DNA of 64,000 bases. It comes from an uncultured Nitrospiraceae bacterium (GTDB taxonomy: Bacteria; Nitrospirota; Thermodesulfovibrionia; Thermodesulfovibrionales; Dissulfurispiraceae). Below, piece by piece: positions 43,503-54,108 of the stretch (its first letter is position 1; each line of letters starts with the position of its first letter). The notes beneath the pieces were generated by a model. That model was not told the DNA's origin. It ran no database searches and was given only the letters and a program-made list of their open reading frames with translations. The stretch is from the NCBI GenBank assembly GCA_963705105.1, contig CAVPIW010000006.1, forward strand, positions 224,001-288,000, written 5' to 3'. A program made the translations under genes and the position numbers.

Positions 43503-44471
43503 ATGAGGACAACAGGAACAACATTCCGTGGGATGCCGAGAACAGCCATGAAGAAATGTCTCGCTGCAGCCGCCGTTCTCGTCTGCGCGGTGTTGTTCAT
43601 GACGACGGATCCCGGCAAAGCTCAGGGCGCAGATGCAAACGATCCTTCCTTCTCCCTCATGATCGGATATATGGCGACGGTGTTCGTCGATGTCGACATG
43701 GATGATGCAAAGGTCGTCACCAAGCTGTGGTCGGACCTGGTTGTCAGGAAGAAGCGGGGAAGGGCGGAGACGAAGATATACCAGGACCTTCCGGAGCTCG
43801 AACGGGACCTGAAGGCCGGGAAGGTGGATATGGCGATCATGGTTTCGAACGATTTTGTCGAGCTTCGTAACCGCGCTCCCCTGGAGCCGATCATGGTGTC
43901 GTCGAGGGAGAAGGAATTCTACGAGGAACTGTATCTCCTCGTCAGGAAGGACAGCGGCATCAGGTCCGTGAAGGACCTCAGGAACAAGACCTTTATCCTT
44001 CAAAAGGGGCAGTACGCCGTCGTTCACAAGATCTGGCTCGAGACGCTCCTCATGAAAGAGGGCGGCCATGACGCCCGCCAGTTTTTCTCGTCTGTCAAAG
44101 ATGCGAGAAAGCCGTCCCAGGCGGTGATGCCCGTCTTCTTCCGCCAGGCCGACGCATGCATCATGACGCGGAACGGTTTCGACGTGATGGCGGAGATGAA
44201 CCCGCAGCTCCGCAATGAACTTCTCATTCTCGCGAGATCCCCGAAGATTGCGAGCGGCGTAATTGCTCTGCGGAAGGACTACCGTGAAGATCACAAAGAA
44301 ACAGTGCGTGAGCTCCTCTCCACCCTCCATGAGGATACCCAGGGAAAACAACTCCTCACCCTTTTCCGGATGAGCAAGCTTGTCCCCTTCAGACAGGAGT
44401 ATATGACGAGCATGGAGGCATTCCTCAGGGAGCACAGAGACCTTAAAGTGAGGGTGGCAAAGGGCAAATAG
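43503..44471 (+). CDS. PhnD/SsuA-like periplasmic binding protein (paralog 2 of 3); start may be 43548
   Basis: LLVRKDSG...DLRNK, KPSQAVMPVFFRQADAC, MAEMNPQL. Confidence 0.8.
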   Translation: MRTTGTTFRGMPRTAMKKCLAAAAVLVCAVLFMTTDPGKAQGADANDPSFSLMIGYMATVFVDVDMDDAKVVTKLWSDLVVRKKRGRAETKIYQDLPELERDLKAGKVDMAIMVSNDFVELRNRAPLEPIMVSSREKEFYEELYLLVRKDSGIRSVKDLRNKTFILQKGQYAVVHKIWLETLLMKEGGHDARQFFSSVKDARKPSQAVMPVFFRQADACIMTRNGFDVMAEMNPQLRNELLILARSPKIASGVIALRKDYREDHKETVRELLSTLHEDTQGKQLLTLFRMSKLVPFRQEYMTSMEAFLREHRDLKVRVAKGK

Positions 44472-44584
44472 GTGAGACGAATGACGGGGTATCCATCGAA
44501 TGACCGTTTGTTCACTGTCTGCGTCTGCCTGCCGATGATGACGGGAGACGTCAAGAAAGGTGAGATGGAGGACTTACGGGGAAA

Positions 44585-45550
44585 ATGGGTATGAACCAAG
44601 GACGGCGGCACGGAAGGGGATATCGAAGCACGGTGACACGCTTTTGCCGGAGCATATCGGTCTGTCTCGTGCTGCTGCTGTTCCCCGCAGATGAGGGGTG
44701 GAGTGAAAAGGGGAATCCGGACCCTGCCGTGATCAGGGTAGGGTATTCGACGCAGCTCCTCCCCGACCTGGACGAGAGAGATGCCAGGGTTGCGATAGAA
44801 GTGTGGTCCAAAGAACTGAACAGGTCGATGGGAACGGCGTACAGACCGAAGGCGGTCCTCTACCGCGATCTGACGGCCATAACGGAGGCGCTGACCAGGG
44901 GAGAGATCGATCTCATATCCATGACGGCACTCGAGTACCTGAAAATCAGGGACAGGGTGCCCGCCGAACCCGCAATAATTCCTCTGTACAGGACTGAGAA
45001 AGAGGGTGAGATGGTCCTCATCGTCCACAGGGATTCGGGGATCACATCGGCACAGCAACTGAAAAACAGGAAAGTCCTTGTACAGTCCGGGCATAGAGGG
45101 GATATTGCCGTTATGTGGATGGACATTCTCCTGATGAGGAAGGGACAGCCCCAAGCGGATCAGTTCTGCTCGTTGAGGAGGGTGAACAAGGCGTCACAGG
45201 CCGTTCTTCCCGTCTTTTTCATGCAGGCTGACGCCGCCGTCGTCAGCCGCCAGGCACTCGACACCGTCGCTGAACTGAATCCGCAGATCAGCCGCGAGAT
45301 CGCGGAAATCGGCAGCTCAAAACCCGTCGTGCATTCCGTCAGCTGTTTCAGGAAGAACATCGAGATCAACATGAGAAATGCGTTGTACAAGGCTGCCGTC
45401 GATCTCGACAAGGACGCGTACGGGCGGCAGGTGCTGATGATGTTTCAGCTCAAACGGCTGGGGGAGTATGAGCCCAAGTATCTGGATTATCTGAGTTCCC
45501 TTGTGACCGACCACAGCAACCTGAAAAAGAAGTTCACAGGCAAGAGATGA
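44585..45550 (+). CDS. PhnD/SsuA-like periplasmic binding protein (paralog 3 of 3); start uncertain
   Basis: LIVHRDSG...LKNR, KASQAVLPVFFMQADAA, VAELNPQI. Confidence 0.8.
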   Translation: MGMNQGRRHGRGYRSTVTRFCRSISVCLVLLLFPADEGWSEKGNPDPAVIRVGYSTQLLPDLDERDARVAIEVWSKELNRSMGTAYRPKAVLYRDLTAITEALTRGEIDLISMTALEYLKIRDRVPAEPAIIPLYRTEKEGEMVLIVHRDSGITSAQQLKNRKVLVQSGHRGDIAVMWMDILLMRKGQPQADQFCSLRRVNKASQAVLPVFFMQADAAVVSRQALDTVAELNPQISREIAEIGSSKPVVHSVSCFRKNIEINMRNALYKAAVDLDKDAYGRQVLMMFQLKRLGEYEPKYLDYLSSLVTDHSNLKKKFTGKR

Positions 45551-45592
45551 GGGATGTGACTTTATGGCGAAGGGAGGACTGAAAAAGAGGGG

Positions 45593-48511
45593 ATGAGGAT
45601 GCGGGGGCTCTTTCACAGGGTTCACACGGAAGGGTCATCAAAGGTGGGCGAGATGCGCTGGACGAGCAGGATCGCCGTCCGCATGGCCGTCCTCTCGTCG
45701 CTTCTCATCATCATAACGCTGGGGCTCTACGTCATCATCAATATCCCCTATCAACGCAAGACCGTTGTGGAGGCGATGGAATCGGAGGCCCGCAACATCG
45801 TCACCTCTCTGGATCAGGTAACGGCAACGGCGATCATAACGGAAGACTACGGGTCGGTGGTGGAGCACTGCATGAGGGTCGTTACGGAGAGCACGTCTAT
45901 TGTCTACGTGGTCATCACCCGGACGGACGGGTTCTCCCTGATCAGCACCAAAGAGGGCTGGAAACAGGAAACGCTGCAGAACATCTGGAATCCCTCCGGA
46001 CAGAGGGTCGCCGGCTATAGGTTCCTGAAGAGTTCCCTGGCCAGCGAGGAGGTCTTTCATTACTCCTATCCGTTCAAATATTCCGGCATCGACTGGGGAT
46101 GGATACACATCGGTCTGTCGCTCAGGAAGTACAATGCGGGCATGGAGAGTCTGTATATGCGGACCTTCTTCATGTCTCTGGTCTGCATGGTCTTCGGTAT
46201 GGTCCTCGCATATGTCTTCGCCCGGAAGCTGAGCAGGCCGATCAGCATGCTCGATGACGTCACCAGGAGCATTGCCGGGGGCGATATGACGGCGAGGGCG
46301 GACATCAGGACGGGCGATGAACTGGAGAGTCTCAGCCGGTCCTTCAACGCCATGACTGAGGCCCTGGGACGATCTCAGGAGGAGCTCATCAGGTCGGAGG
46401 AAAACTACCGTGCCCTCATGAATGACGCAGGTGACGCAATCCTTATTGCGGACACCGAAGGACACCTGCTTGAGGTGAACAGAAAGGCCGTCGATCTCAC
46501 CGGATACGAAAAGGACGAGCTTCTGCAGATGAGGCTTGATGAGCTTTATGAGGCCGAAGAAAGGGGGAAGGCCCGGGCATCCTTTAAAGAGACGCTTTCA
46601 AAGGGAACGATGTTCTTCACCGACGTTGACCTTCTCACAAAGAGCGGTGAAACCATCCCGGTCGATATCAACGCCTCCGTCATCATTTCCGGCGGTCGCG
46701 TCGTCGTTCAGGGGATCATGAGGGACATCACCGTGCGCCGGCGCACCGAAGAGGAATTGAAGAGGGCGAAGGACGCCGCGGAGTCGGCGAGTGTCGCCAA
46801 GACGCAGTTTCTGGCCAATATGAGCCACGAAATCCGCACTCCTCTGAACGGCGTCATGGGTATGCTCGAACTGCTGCTCGAAACGGACCTGAACGGGAAG
46901 CAGCGAAGCATTGCAGAGACAGCGCTCACATCGGGCGAGTCGCTCCTGCACATCATCAGTACGGTCCTCGACATTTCGAAGATCGAGGCGGGCAAACTCG
47001 AGCTTGAGCACAGGGACTTCGATGTCCGCCAAATCGTGGAAAGTTCGGTTCAACTCTTTGCGGAGCGGGCCCGGAAGAAGAACATAGAGCTCCGCTGCCT
47101 TATCCGGGACGGCCTTCCCGGAGCGGTGAGGGGTGATCCGGAGCGTCTGCGGCAGATACTCGTCAACCTCCTGGGGAACGCCGTGAAATTCACCGAGCAC
47201 GGCCAGGTGCTCATCGAGGTCGTCAATGCCGATGGTGTAACGGGCGGCGCCGCAGATACGGGGGCGCCGGCCGATCGGGAAGACGTGAATCTTGTCTTTT
47301 CCGTTCGTGACACCGGCATCGGGATTGAGCCGGACATTCAGGCGACCATCTTCGAACCCTTCATCCAGGCTGACGGTTCGACGACGCGCAGGTTCGGAGG
47401 AACGGGTCTCGGCCTGGCCATAGCAAAACAGCTCACCGACCTCATGGGGGGAGAGATATCCCTCGAAAGCGAGCCGGGAAAAGGGTCCGCATTCACGGTC
47501 AGGATGCCCTTCAAAAGATTGTCGCGCAAGGCCCTGTCATCGCTGCCCGGTCAGGATACGTTCGAGGCCAAGAGGGTGCTCGCAGCCCCCGCTTCTCCCT
47601 CATCACCGGAGAGGCATCCCGGAAACGGCGGGGGGAACAGGGACCTGCATGCCCGGGTGCTGCTGGCGGAGGACAACCCGGTGAATCAGGAGGTGGCCCT
47701 CTCCATGCTGCAGAACCTGGGGTGTCACGTGGATGTTGCGCAGGACGGCCGGACTGTCATTGAACTGTTCGAAAGCGGCAGATATGACTTCATCCTCATG
47801 GATTGCCAGATGCCCGGGATGGACGGCTTTGAGGCCACGAGGGAGATACGCCGTCGTGAGGGACTGGCGGGCGGGGAGCTGCGCATACCGATCGTCGCGC
47901 TCACCGCGCATGCAATCATGGGTGACCGTGACCGGTGCATCGCTGCGGGGATGGACGATTATCTGAGCAAGCCCTTTAATCTCAGACAACTCCGGGGTCT
48001 TGTCCAAAAGTGGGCTTCACCGGCGCACCAGGGAGCGGCGGAACCGGGGGCAACCGCGGAAGATTCGGAGGAAAGCCCCGGCATCATACCCCTGCCGCTG
48101 AACTTTCAGGACAGGCGGAGCGAGGATCCTGTCACGGCGGATCGGAAGTCGGACGTGGCGTCGATCGACAAGACCATCCTTGAGAGGATCAGTTTTCTCC
48201 AGCGGCCGGGGGCGCCGGATATCCTGTCAAGGATCATTTCGATCTATCTGGCGGACTCCGAGCGCGCTCTCGGTGAACTCAGGGACGCCGTGACGGCCCT
48301 CGAAGCCTCCGTCATTCACCGCACCGCCCATGCCCTGAAGTCGAGCAGCGCAAACGTGGGCGCTATGAGGTTGTCGGCACTCTTCAGGGAAATGGAGGCC
48401 GCCGGCCGGTCGCAGTCATTGGAAGATACGGCGGACCTGCTTGGACGTATCGAGTCCGAATACGTGGCTGTCAGGGCTGCCCTTGAAGGGGAATTGAAAA
48501 GGAGGTCATAA
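45593..48511 (+). CDS. Hybrid sensor histidine kinase (2 TM, HAMP, PAS, HisKA, HATPase, REC, HPt)
   Basis: [49 protein letters not shown]. Confidence 0.93.
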   Translation: MRMRGLFHRVHTEGSSKVGEMRWTSRIAVRMAVLSSLLIIITLGLYVIINIPYQRKTVVEAMESEARNIVTSLDQVTATAIITEDYGSVVEHCMRVVTESTSIVYVVITRTDGFSLISTKEGWKQETLQNIWNPSGQRVAGYRFLKSSLASEEVFHYSYPFKYSGIDWGWIHIGLSLRKYNAGMESLYMRTFFMSLVCMVFGMVLAYVFARKLSRPISMLDDVTRSIAGGDMTARADIRTGDELESLSRSFNAMTEALGRSQEELIRSEENYRALMNDAGDAILIADTEGHLLEVNRKAVDLTGYEKDELLQMRLDELYEAEERGKARASFKETLSKGTMFFTDVDLLTKSGETIPVDINASVIISGGRVVVQGIMRDITVRRRTEEELKRAKDAAESASVAKTQFLANMSHEIRTPLNGVMGMLELLLETDLNGKQRSIAETALTSGESLLHIISTVLDISKIEAGKLELEHRDFDVRQIVESSVQLFAERARKKNIELRCLIRDGLPGAVRGDPERLRQILVNLLGNAVKFTEHGQVLIEVVNADGVTGGAADTGAPADREDVNLVFSVRDTGIGIEPDIQATIFEPFIQADGSTTRRFGGTGLGLAIAKQLTDLMGGEISLESEPGKGSAFTVRMPFKRLSRKALSSLPGQDTFEAKRVLAAPASPSSPERHPGNGGGNRDLHARVLLAEDNPVNQEVALSMLQNLGCHVDVAQDGRTVIELFESGRYDFILMDCQMPGMDGFEATREIRRREGLAGGELRIPIVALTAHAIMGDRDRCIAAGMDDYLSKPFNLRQLRGLVQKWASPAHQGAAEPGATAEDSEESPGIIPLPLNFQDRRSEDPVTADRKSDVASIDKTILERISFLQRPGAPDILSRIISIYLADSERALGELRDAVTALEASVIHRTAHALKSSSANVGAMRLSALFREMEAAGRSQSLEDTADLLGRIESEYVAVRAALEGELKRRS

Positions 48512-50994
48512 TGGCGGGAGAAAAATATAGTCTGGAATCACCGGTCGTGCTGGTCGCGGACGACGACGCGATGATGCGTTTCCTTGCCCGTGAATCGCTG
48601 ACGCAGACGGGCTTCAACGTCTGCGAGGCAGTTGACGGCGCGGAGGCCCTCAAGGTCTTCGAGAAATCATCTCCCGACATTGTGCTCCTCGATGTCAACA
48701 TGCCGAACATCGACGGTTTCCGTGTTTGTGCCGCCATCAGAAAATATCCCGGCGCTGAACAGTTGCCCATTCTCATGATCACGGGTCTTGATGACGTGGA
48801 TTCGATCCGGCAGGCCTATGATTTCGGCGCCACCGATTTCATCACGAAGCCGGTGAACTGGATGATCCTCGGCCATCGCATGCGCTATATCTTCCGGGCA
48901 AGCCAGGCCATCCATGCCCTCAGGAGGAGCGAAGAGAAGAACCGAGCCCTTCTGCATGCCATTCCGGACGCGATGCTGAGGGTCAGCAAGGACGGGCGGT
49001 GCCTCGAGTACAAAGGTTCCGCCGATTTCACCCCCACTGTCCCCACTGGAGACGTCATCGGCCGAAAGCTCCAGGATATCTTTCCTGCCGGCGCCGCCGA
49101 GTCGGCGCTGTGCGCGATCGGAAGGGTATTTACGAATGAGGAGGCCCACCTGTTCGAATGCCGGGTCGCAAGGAACGGCAGTCATCAGGATTGTGAAAAC
49201 AGGGTCGTCCTCTGCGGCTCCGATGAGGCGCTCATCATCGTGAGGGATATCACGGAGCGAAAGAGGGCCGAAGAGGCTCTCAGAAAGAGCGAGGAAAGGT
49301 ACGCCCTGACATCGAAGGGGGCAAACGACGGGCTGTGGGACTGGGACATCCAGGGGGGCGATATCTACTATTCTCCGCGCTGGAAAGCCATCCTGGGATA
49401 CGGAGAGGACGAGGTGGCGGACAGTCTTGACGAATGGTTCAACCGTGTTCATAGCGATGACGTGGAACAACTCAAAATCGATATCAGCGCTCACCTCGAC
49501 GGGATCACCATGCATTTTCAGAACGAACACCGCCTTCTCCACCGCGACGGAAGTCACCGCTGGGTCCTCACGAGGGGCATTGCCCTCCGGGGCGGTGATG
49601 GCAAGCCTTATCGCGTCGCGGGCTCGATGTCCGACATAACGGAGCGAAAGCGTGCGGAGAGGCAGCTCATCCATGACGCCTTTCATGATATGCTGACACA
49701 CCTCCCGAACAGGGCCCTTGTTCTTGACCGGCTTGAACATGCTCTGAAACGCTCGAAGAGGAATGAAAACTTTCTGTTCGCCGTCCTCTTCCTTGACCTC
49801 GACCGCTTCAAGATCGTCAACGACAGCCTTGGTCACGAGGCCGGAGACAGGCTTCTCATCGAGCTGGCGGGAAGGCTGTCCCGGTGCCTGAGACCGGGCG
49901 ACACCCTCTCGCGGCTCGGAGGGGACGAGTTCGTCATTCTCCTGGAAGACATACGCGGCGACGACGATGTGGAGAAAGTGGCCGGACGGATCATCAATAT
50001 GGTGAAAGACCCCTTCGTCATAGATGGACAGGAAGTCTCCACGACCGTAAGCATCGGCATCGCCCTCAGTTCCTCCGATTATGAGCGCCCCGAAGACATG
50101 CTCCGCGACGCCGATACGGCGATGTACCGGGCCAAATCTCTCGGGAAATCACGATATGAGATGTTCGACACGACCATGCATCTCAATGTCCTCAACATGC
50201 TGAGGCTCGAAAATGACCTGCGGAAAGCACTTGACCGTGATCAGCTTCGCATTCATTATCAGCCCGTCGTATCCCTCGAAAACGGCCATGTCAACTCCGT
50301 TGAAGCCCTTCTCCGGTGGTACCACCCTGAGAGGGGTGTCATTCCACCCATGGACTTCATCCCCCTCGCCGAGGAAAACGGCATGATCATCCCCATCGGT
50401 GAATGGGTGCTGCGCACAGCCTGCCATCAGCTCAGGCTGCTTTTCGAGGACGGCTTTACGCCCCTGAGAATCGCCGTCAACATATCGGCACGCCAGCTCA
50501 GGCAGCATGATTTCGCCGAGAACGTGGTGCGCATCATCGAGGAAACCGGCATCGATGCACGGTATCTCGAACTCGAGATTACCGAGAGCACGATCATGGA
50601 GAATCCCGATTCTGCCGCGGAAAAACTTGCCAAACTGAGAGAACTGGGAGTTCATATCTCTCTGGATGACTTCGGAACGGGGTATTCGTCTCTCAGTTAT
50701 CTGCACCGCTTTCCCATCAATACGCTCAAAATCGACCGTTCCTTTATCGAAAGGATGGGGTCCGATGCCGAAAAGTTCGAAATCATCCGGTCCGTCGTCT
50801 CGATGGCGAAGAAAATGGCCTTGTCCGTCGTCGCAGAAGGGATTGAGACGGTCGAACAGATGAGAACGCTGCAGGAGCTGAACTGTGGTCTTGGCCAGGG
50901 TTTTCTCTTTTCGAGACCTGTCGGTTGCGACGATGTGCAGAAGGTGTTAAGGAGCCTGAACGATCAGGAGGGGAAAGGAACACCGAATTCTTGA
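48511..50994 (+). CDS. Response regulator REC-PAS-PAS-GGDEF-EAL (c-di-GMP cyclase/phosphodiesterase)
   Basis: LLDVNMP, RPGD I-site, RLGGDEF, VEALLRW, DDFGTGYSS. Confidence 0.94.
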   Translation: MAGEKYSLESPVVLVADDDAMMRFLARESLTQTGFNVCEAVDGAEALKVFEKSSPDIVLLDVNMPNIDGFRVCAAIRKYPGAEQLPILMITGLDDVDSIRQAYDFGATDFITKPVNWMILGHRMRYIFRASQAIHALRRSEEKNRALLHAIPDAMLRVSKDGRCLEYKGSADFTPTVPTGDVIGRKLQDIFPAGAAESALCAIGRVFTNEEAHLFECRVARNGSHQDCENRVVLCGSDEALIIVRDITERKRAEEALRKSEERYALTSKGANDGLWDWDIQGGDIYYSPRWKAILGYGEDEVADSLDEWFNRVHSDDVEQLKIDISAHLDGITMHFQNEHRLLHRDGSHRWVLTRGIALRGGDGKPYRVAGSMSDITERKRAERQLIHDAFHDMLTHLPNRALVLDRLEHALKRSKRNENFLFAVLFLDLDRFKIVNDSLGHEAGDRLLIELAGRLSRCLRPGDTLSRLGGDEFVILLEDIRGDDDVEKVAGRIINMVKDPFVIDGQEVSTTVSIGIALSSSDYERPEDMLRDADTAMYRAKSLGKSRYEMFDTTMHLNVLNMLRLENDLRKALDRDQLRIHYQPVVSLENGHVNSVEALLRWYHPERGVIPPMDFIPLAEENGMIIPIGEWVLRTACHQLRLLFEDGFTPLRIAVNISARQLRQHDFAENVVRIIEETGIDARYLELEITESTIMENPDSAAEKLAKLRELGVHISLDDFGTGYSSLSYLHRFPINTLKIDRSFIERMGSDAEKFEIIRSVVSMAKKMALSVVAEGIETVEQMRTLQELNCGLGQGFLFSRPVGCDDVQKVLRSLNDQEGKGTPNS

Positions 50995-51019
50995 CATTCC
51001 ACCAGTCTTGTGTCATATT
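50991..51019 (+). promoter_or_regulatory. Sigma70 promoter of the FleQ-like gene, probably leaderless
   Basis: TTGACA-17 nt-CATATT with upstream TG; ATG 6 nt downstream, no SD. Confidence 0.6.
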
Positions 51020-51025
51020 CATGAC

Positions 51026-52048
51026 ATGAATTTTTCTGTACAAGAGTCTGCCCAATCAGTTCCAATTATTGGGAAATCTCATGTAATAGGGAGAATACAT
51101 GAGCTTGTGCAAAAAGTGGCGGATTCTGACAGCACCGTGCTTCTTCTTGGCGAGAGCGGCACGGGAAAAGAACTCATCGCCAGGAACCTTCACTTCAGCA
51201 GCCGCCGGCATGCCCGTCCATTCATCCCGGTCAACTGCGGGGCGATCCCGTCGGAACTCCTCGAATCGGAATTGTTCGGCCACGAAAAGGGTGCGTTCAC
51301 CGGCGCAATCTCCTCGAGAATGGGCAGGTTCGAACTCGCCCACGGCGGAACGCTTTTCCTCGACGAAGTGGGCGAGATGTCGTCCTTCCTCCAGGTCAAA
51401 CTGCTCAGGGTGCTCCAGGAGAGATCGTTCGAACGGGTAGGAGGCACAAAAACGGTCAGCGTCGATGTGCGGATCATAGCGGCAACGAACAGGGATCTCG
51501 AGTCTGCCGCGGGTGAGGGGAAATTCAGGGAAGACCTGTATTACCGCCTCAACGTGATCCCCATCGAGGTACCACCGCTGCGGCGGAGAAGGGACGATAT
51601 CCCCGTGCTCTGCGAGCATTTCATCATAAAACATGCAAAGCGATGCGGCAGGAAGCCCATCCGCTTCTCCGAAAGCGCCATGAAATCCCTTGTCGACTAT
51701 CATTGGCCCGGCAACGTGCGGGAACTGGAAAACATCATCGAGCGTCTCTTCGTGCTCAAGGATGACGATGTGGTCAGGCCGGCGGACCTGCCCGAGCGGA
51801 TCGGGGGCGAGAGTATCCCTGACATGTCTCACAAGGGCGAAACCGAGATCAATCCCTTCGCGGGGGGGATCGATCTGAACGCCGCCGTCGACGAATATGA
51901 GCGGAGACTGATCATCCACGCCCTTGAATTCCACCGGGGAGTGAAGAGCAGGGCTGCCCAGTATCTCCGGGTCAACCGCACCACACTGATCGAAAAGATG
52001 AAGAGGCTGAATCTTTCATCCCTTCCGTCCCGGCAGGACGGGGATTGA
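51026..52048 (+). CDS. Sigma54 enhancer-binding protein lacking an N-terminal input domain (FleQ/FlrA-like position)
   Basis: GESGTGKE, GAFTGA, LFLDE, FREDLYYRLNV, WPGNVRELEN, HTH NRTTLIEKM. Confidence 0.9.
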   Translation: MNFSVQESAQSVPIIGKSHVIGRIHELVQKVADSDSTVLLLGESGTGKELIARNLHFSSRRHARPFIPVNCGAIPSELLESELFGHEKGAFTGAISSRMGRFELAHGGTLFLDEVGEMSSFLQVKLLRVLQERSFERVGGTKTVSVDVRIIAATNRDLESAAGEGKFREDLYYRLNVIPIEVPPLRRRRDDIPVLCEHFIIKHAKRCGRKPIRFSESAMKSLVDYHWPGNVRELENIIERLFVLKDDDVVRPADLPERIGGESIPDMSHKGETEINPFAGGIDLNAAVDEYERRLIIHALEFHRGVKSRAAQYLRVNRTTLIEKMKRLNLSSLPSRQDGD

Positions 52049-52140
52049 AAAGACGGGGCTGGTCGCGCCAAAGCCTTGCTGATAGCGGTGCTGATGCCCG
52101 GTTGTTCATAGCCTGTTTCCGACTTGTCCACTGCCGAATA

Positions 52141-52168
52141 TGACTCAATGACTCAATGACTCAATGAC
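52141..52168 (-). repeat. Octamer tandem array (AGTCATTG)n
   Basis: TGACTCAATGACTCAATGACTCAATGAC, reverse complement of the units at 29191-29248. Confidence 0.8.
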
Positions 52169-52182
52169 TGATGTTTTTATAC

Positions 52183-52198
52183 TGGCATGGTTTTTTCA
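52183..52198 (+). promoter_or_regulatory. Possible sigma54 promoter for the TPR-kinase-regulator genes
   Basis: TGGCAT-N5-TTTCA; the -12 GC is imperfect. Confidence 0.4.
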
Positions 52199-52213
52199 TG
52201 ATAATTGTATAGA

Positions 52214-52431
52214 CCTTATTGTTGCAATACACTCCCGGGAAAGGCGGGGCTGGGGTGAATGCGCCGAAAACCTTGATGCGGCGACACCTGTATCAGAACG
52301 AGAGATGACCTATACGCCAATGGTCGATGACACAAAGAGTGGAATCCTGAAACACGAAGCTGACGAGGCGTATCGTCGCCTTCAGCAAGGCTTTGAGGCG
52401 CTTCGCCCCGCCTTTTCATGCAACAGAAAGG
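52214..52431 (+). mobile_element. MITE family A copy with TAGA target duplication
   Basis: CCTTATTGTTGCA...TGCAACAGAAAGG termini, long imperfect arms; TAGA at 52210-52213 and 52432-52435. Confidence 0.9.
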
Positions 52432-52470
52432 TAGAGTCACTCGTGTCCAAAATGAGATGAAATTCGTGAC

Positions 52471-54102
52471 ATGAAAAGAACCATTGTTTCCCTTGTTTTC
52501 TTTTTTACGGCCGCGATGCTTTCGCCGCAGGTCATTCTGTGCGCGCAGGATGACCTGCGGCGGGCCGGGGACTCTTTTCAGCAGAGGGATTACATCAAGG
52601 CGCGGGACCTGTATCAGGAGGCGTTCCTGTCCGCAAAAGGGTCGGATATCGCCGAAAAGGCCCTTCTCGGTCTTGCCAAGGCGGAGTATCACCTGAGGCG
52701 ATACCATGAGGCGAACCTCAATCTCCGGAGGTTTATATCGCGGTTTCCCAAATCGGACGGCATCGACGAGGCCCGCCTTTATCTCGGATACTGCTCGCTC
52801 CGCCTGGACCGTCTGAATGACGCCCAGGGCTATTTCGAGCGGGTGGGCGGACAGTTCCGCAGCCGGGCCGCCCTTGGGATGGCCGAGGTCATGCTGGCAA
52901 AGGGTGATATCGCGGCTGCCGAAGCCTCCTTCCGCCGGGTCGACAGGAAGGACATCGAGGGAGATGCCGCCGCTCTGGCCCTTCGGGCACAGGTCAGCAG
53001 CGCCGGGGGGCAGCATGAAGAGGCTGTCAGGGGGATTGCGAAGATCGCCGATGAGGACGCCAGGAATCTCGGATTAAGAGCCGTCAGGGCGAGAATTTAC
53101 TATAACGGAAAGAAGCTCGCCGAAGCCGAAAAGGAATGCAGGGCCGTCATCGATGATCCTGTTTCGTTGAGGGAACAGATCGAAGCGAAGAAACTGCTGT
53201 CGCAGATTGCAGCGGCGAAGGGAAACACCGACGAGGCCCTCAGGTTGAAACTTGCCCTTGTCCCCCACGAGATGAACGATGAATTTACTTTGGAAGTTGT
53301 TTCACTCTATGATAAAAAAGGTGACACGGACGGCGCCCTGAAATTCGTCAGTTTCCTGAAGGACCCCAGGATTCGCTCCCGTGAACTGGAGCGCCGTCTG
53401 AAGCCGATGATCGAGACGCAATCCCCGGAGGCGATGAAAAACGTCCTGAAGTATGCCCCTTTCATCGACCGGCAGGATCCTTTTGCCGTGTCGGCTGCGC
53501 GATTTCTCATGCAGGGGGGCCGGAAGAGCGAAGGTGTGGAGCTGCTCAGGAGGATATCGAAGGGGCAGCAGGCGGGAGAGGCAGCCCTGGTGCTGGCAGA
53601 ACACTACGTGCGTGAAGGAAAGGCGGCGGAAGCGAAGAAACTGCTGTCGCCCCTCCTGTCGGACCAACGGCAGAGCACGGGGGCGTTGATCATCATGGCG
53701 GACATTATGGAGCAGGAGGGCAGACCTGCTGAAGCGGTCGGATATCTGCAAAGGGCGTACAATGTGTCGAAGGACCGGAACACAGCGCTGAAGCTCGGCA
53801 CATTGTACGGCAGGACAGGAGACCGTGAAAACGCAAAGAGACACTATCTCGCCGCGTCGGAGATGGGCAACGGCAGCGCCTCCGTGAGGGTCGGCGATCT
53901 GCTTTACCTGTCGGGAGAGAGGGAGCGTGCGAGGACCTTCTACAAAAAGGCGCTGGAGCAGGACATCGCGGACAGGCAGAGCCTGCAGTGGACCTACTAT
54001 CAGTACGGGAAGCTGTCCGGCGACAGAGAGTATCTCAGAAAGGCCTCCGAGGGCGGGGGAGTCGTCGGTGAAGCCGCCAAGGCCCTTCTCGGATCGGAGT
54101 AG
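52471..54102 (+). CDS. Exported tetratricopeptide-repeat protein
   Basis: Signal peptide and multiple TPR-like helical repeats. Confidence 0.82.
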   Translation: MKRTIVSLVFFFTAAMLSPQVILCAQDDLRRAGDSFQQRDYIKARDLYQEAFLSAKGSDIAEKALLGLAKAEYHLRRYHEANLNLRRFISRFPKSDGIDEARLYLGYCSLRLDRLNDAQGYFERVGGQFRSRAALGMAEVMLAKGDIAAAEASFRRVDRKDIEGDAAALALRAQVSSAGGQHEEAVRGIAKIADEDARNLGLRAVRARIYYNGKKLAEAEKECRAVIDDPVSLREQIEAKKLLSQIAAAKGNTDEALRLKLALVPHEMNDEFTLEVVSLYDKKGDTDGALKFVSFLKDPRIRSRELERRLKPMIETQSPEAMKNVLKYAPFIDRQDPFAVSAARFLMQGGRKSEGVELLRRISKGQQAGEAALVLAEHYVREGKAAEAKKLLSPLLSDQRQSTGALIIMADIMEQEGRPAEAVGYLQRAYNVSKDRNTALKLGTLYGRTGDRENAKRHYLAASEMGNGSASVRVGDLLYLSGERERARTFYKKALEQDIADRQSLQWTYYQYGKLSGDREYLRKASEGGGVVGEAAKALLGSE

Positions 54103-54108
54103 CCCCTC

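Noticed and set aside
52065..52080. Sigma54 promoter ending TTGCT
   Set aside because: No GG at -24; the sequence is a degenerate family A end
52164..52460. Small ORFs with mutual similarity at 52164, 36680, 33866, 18175 and 2556
   Set aside because: Similarity derives from the non-coding repeat families they overlap; starts and stops are not conserved
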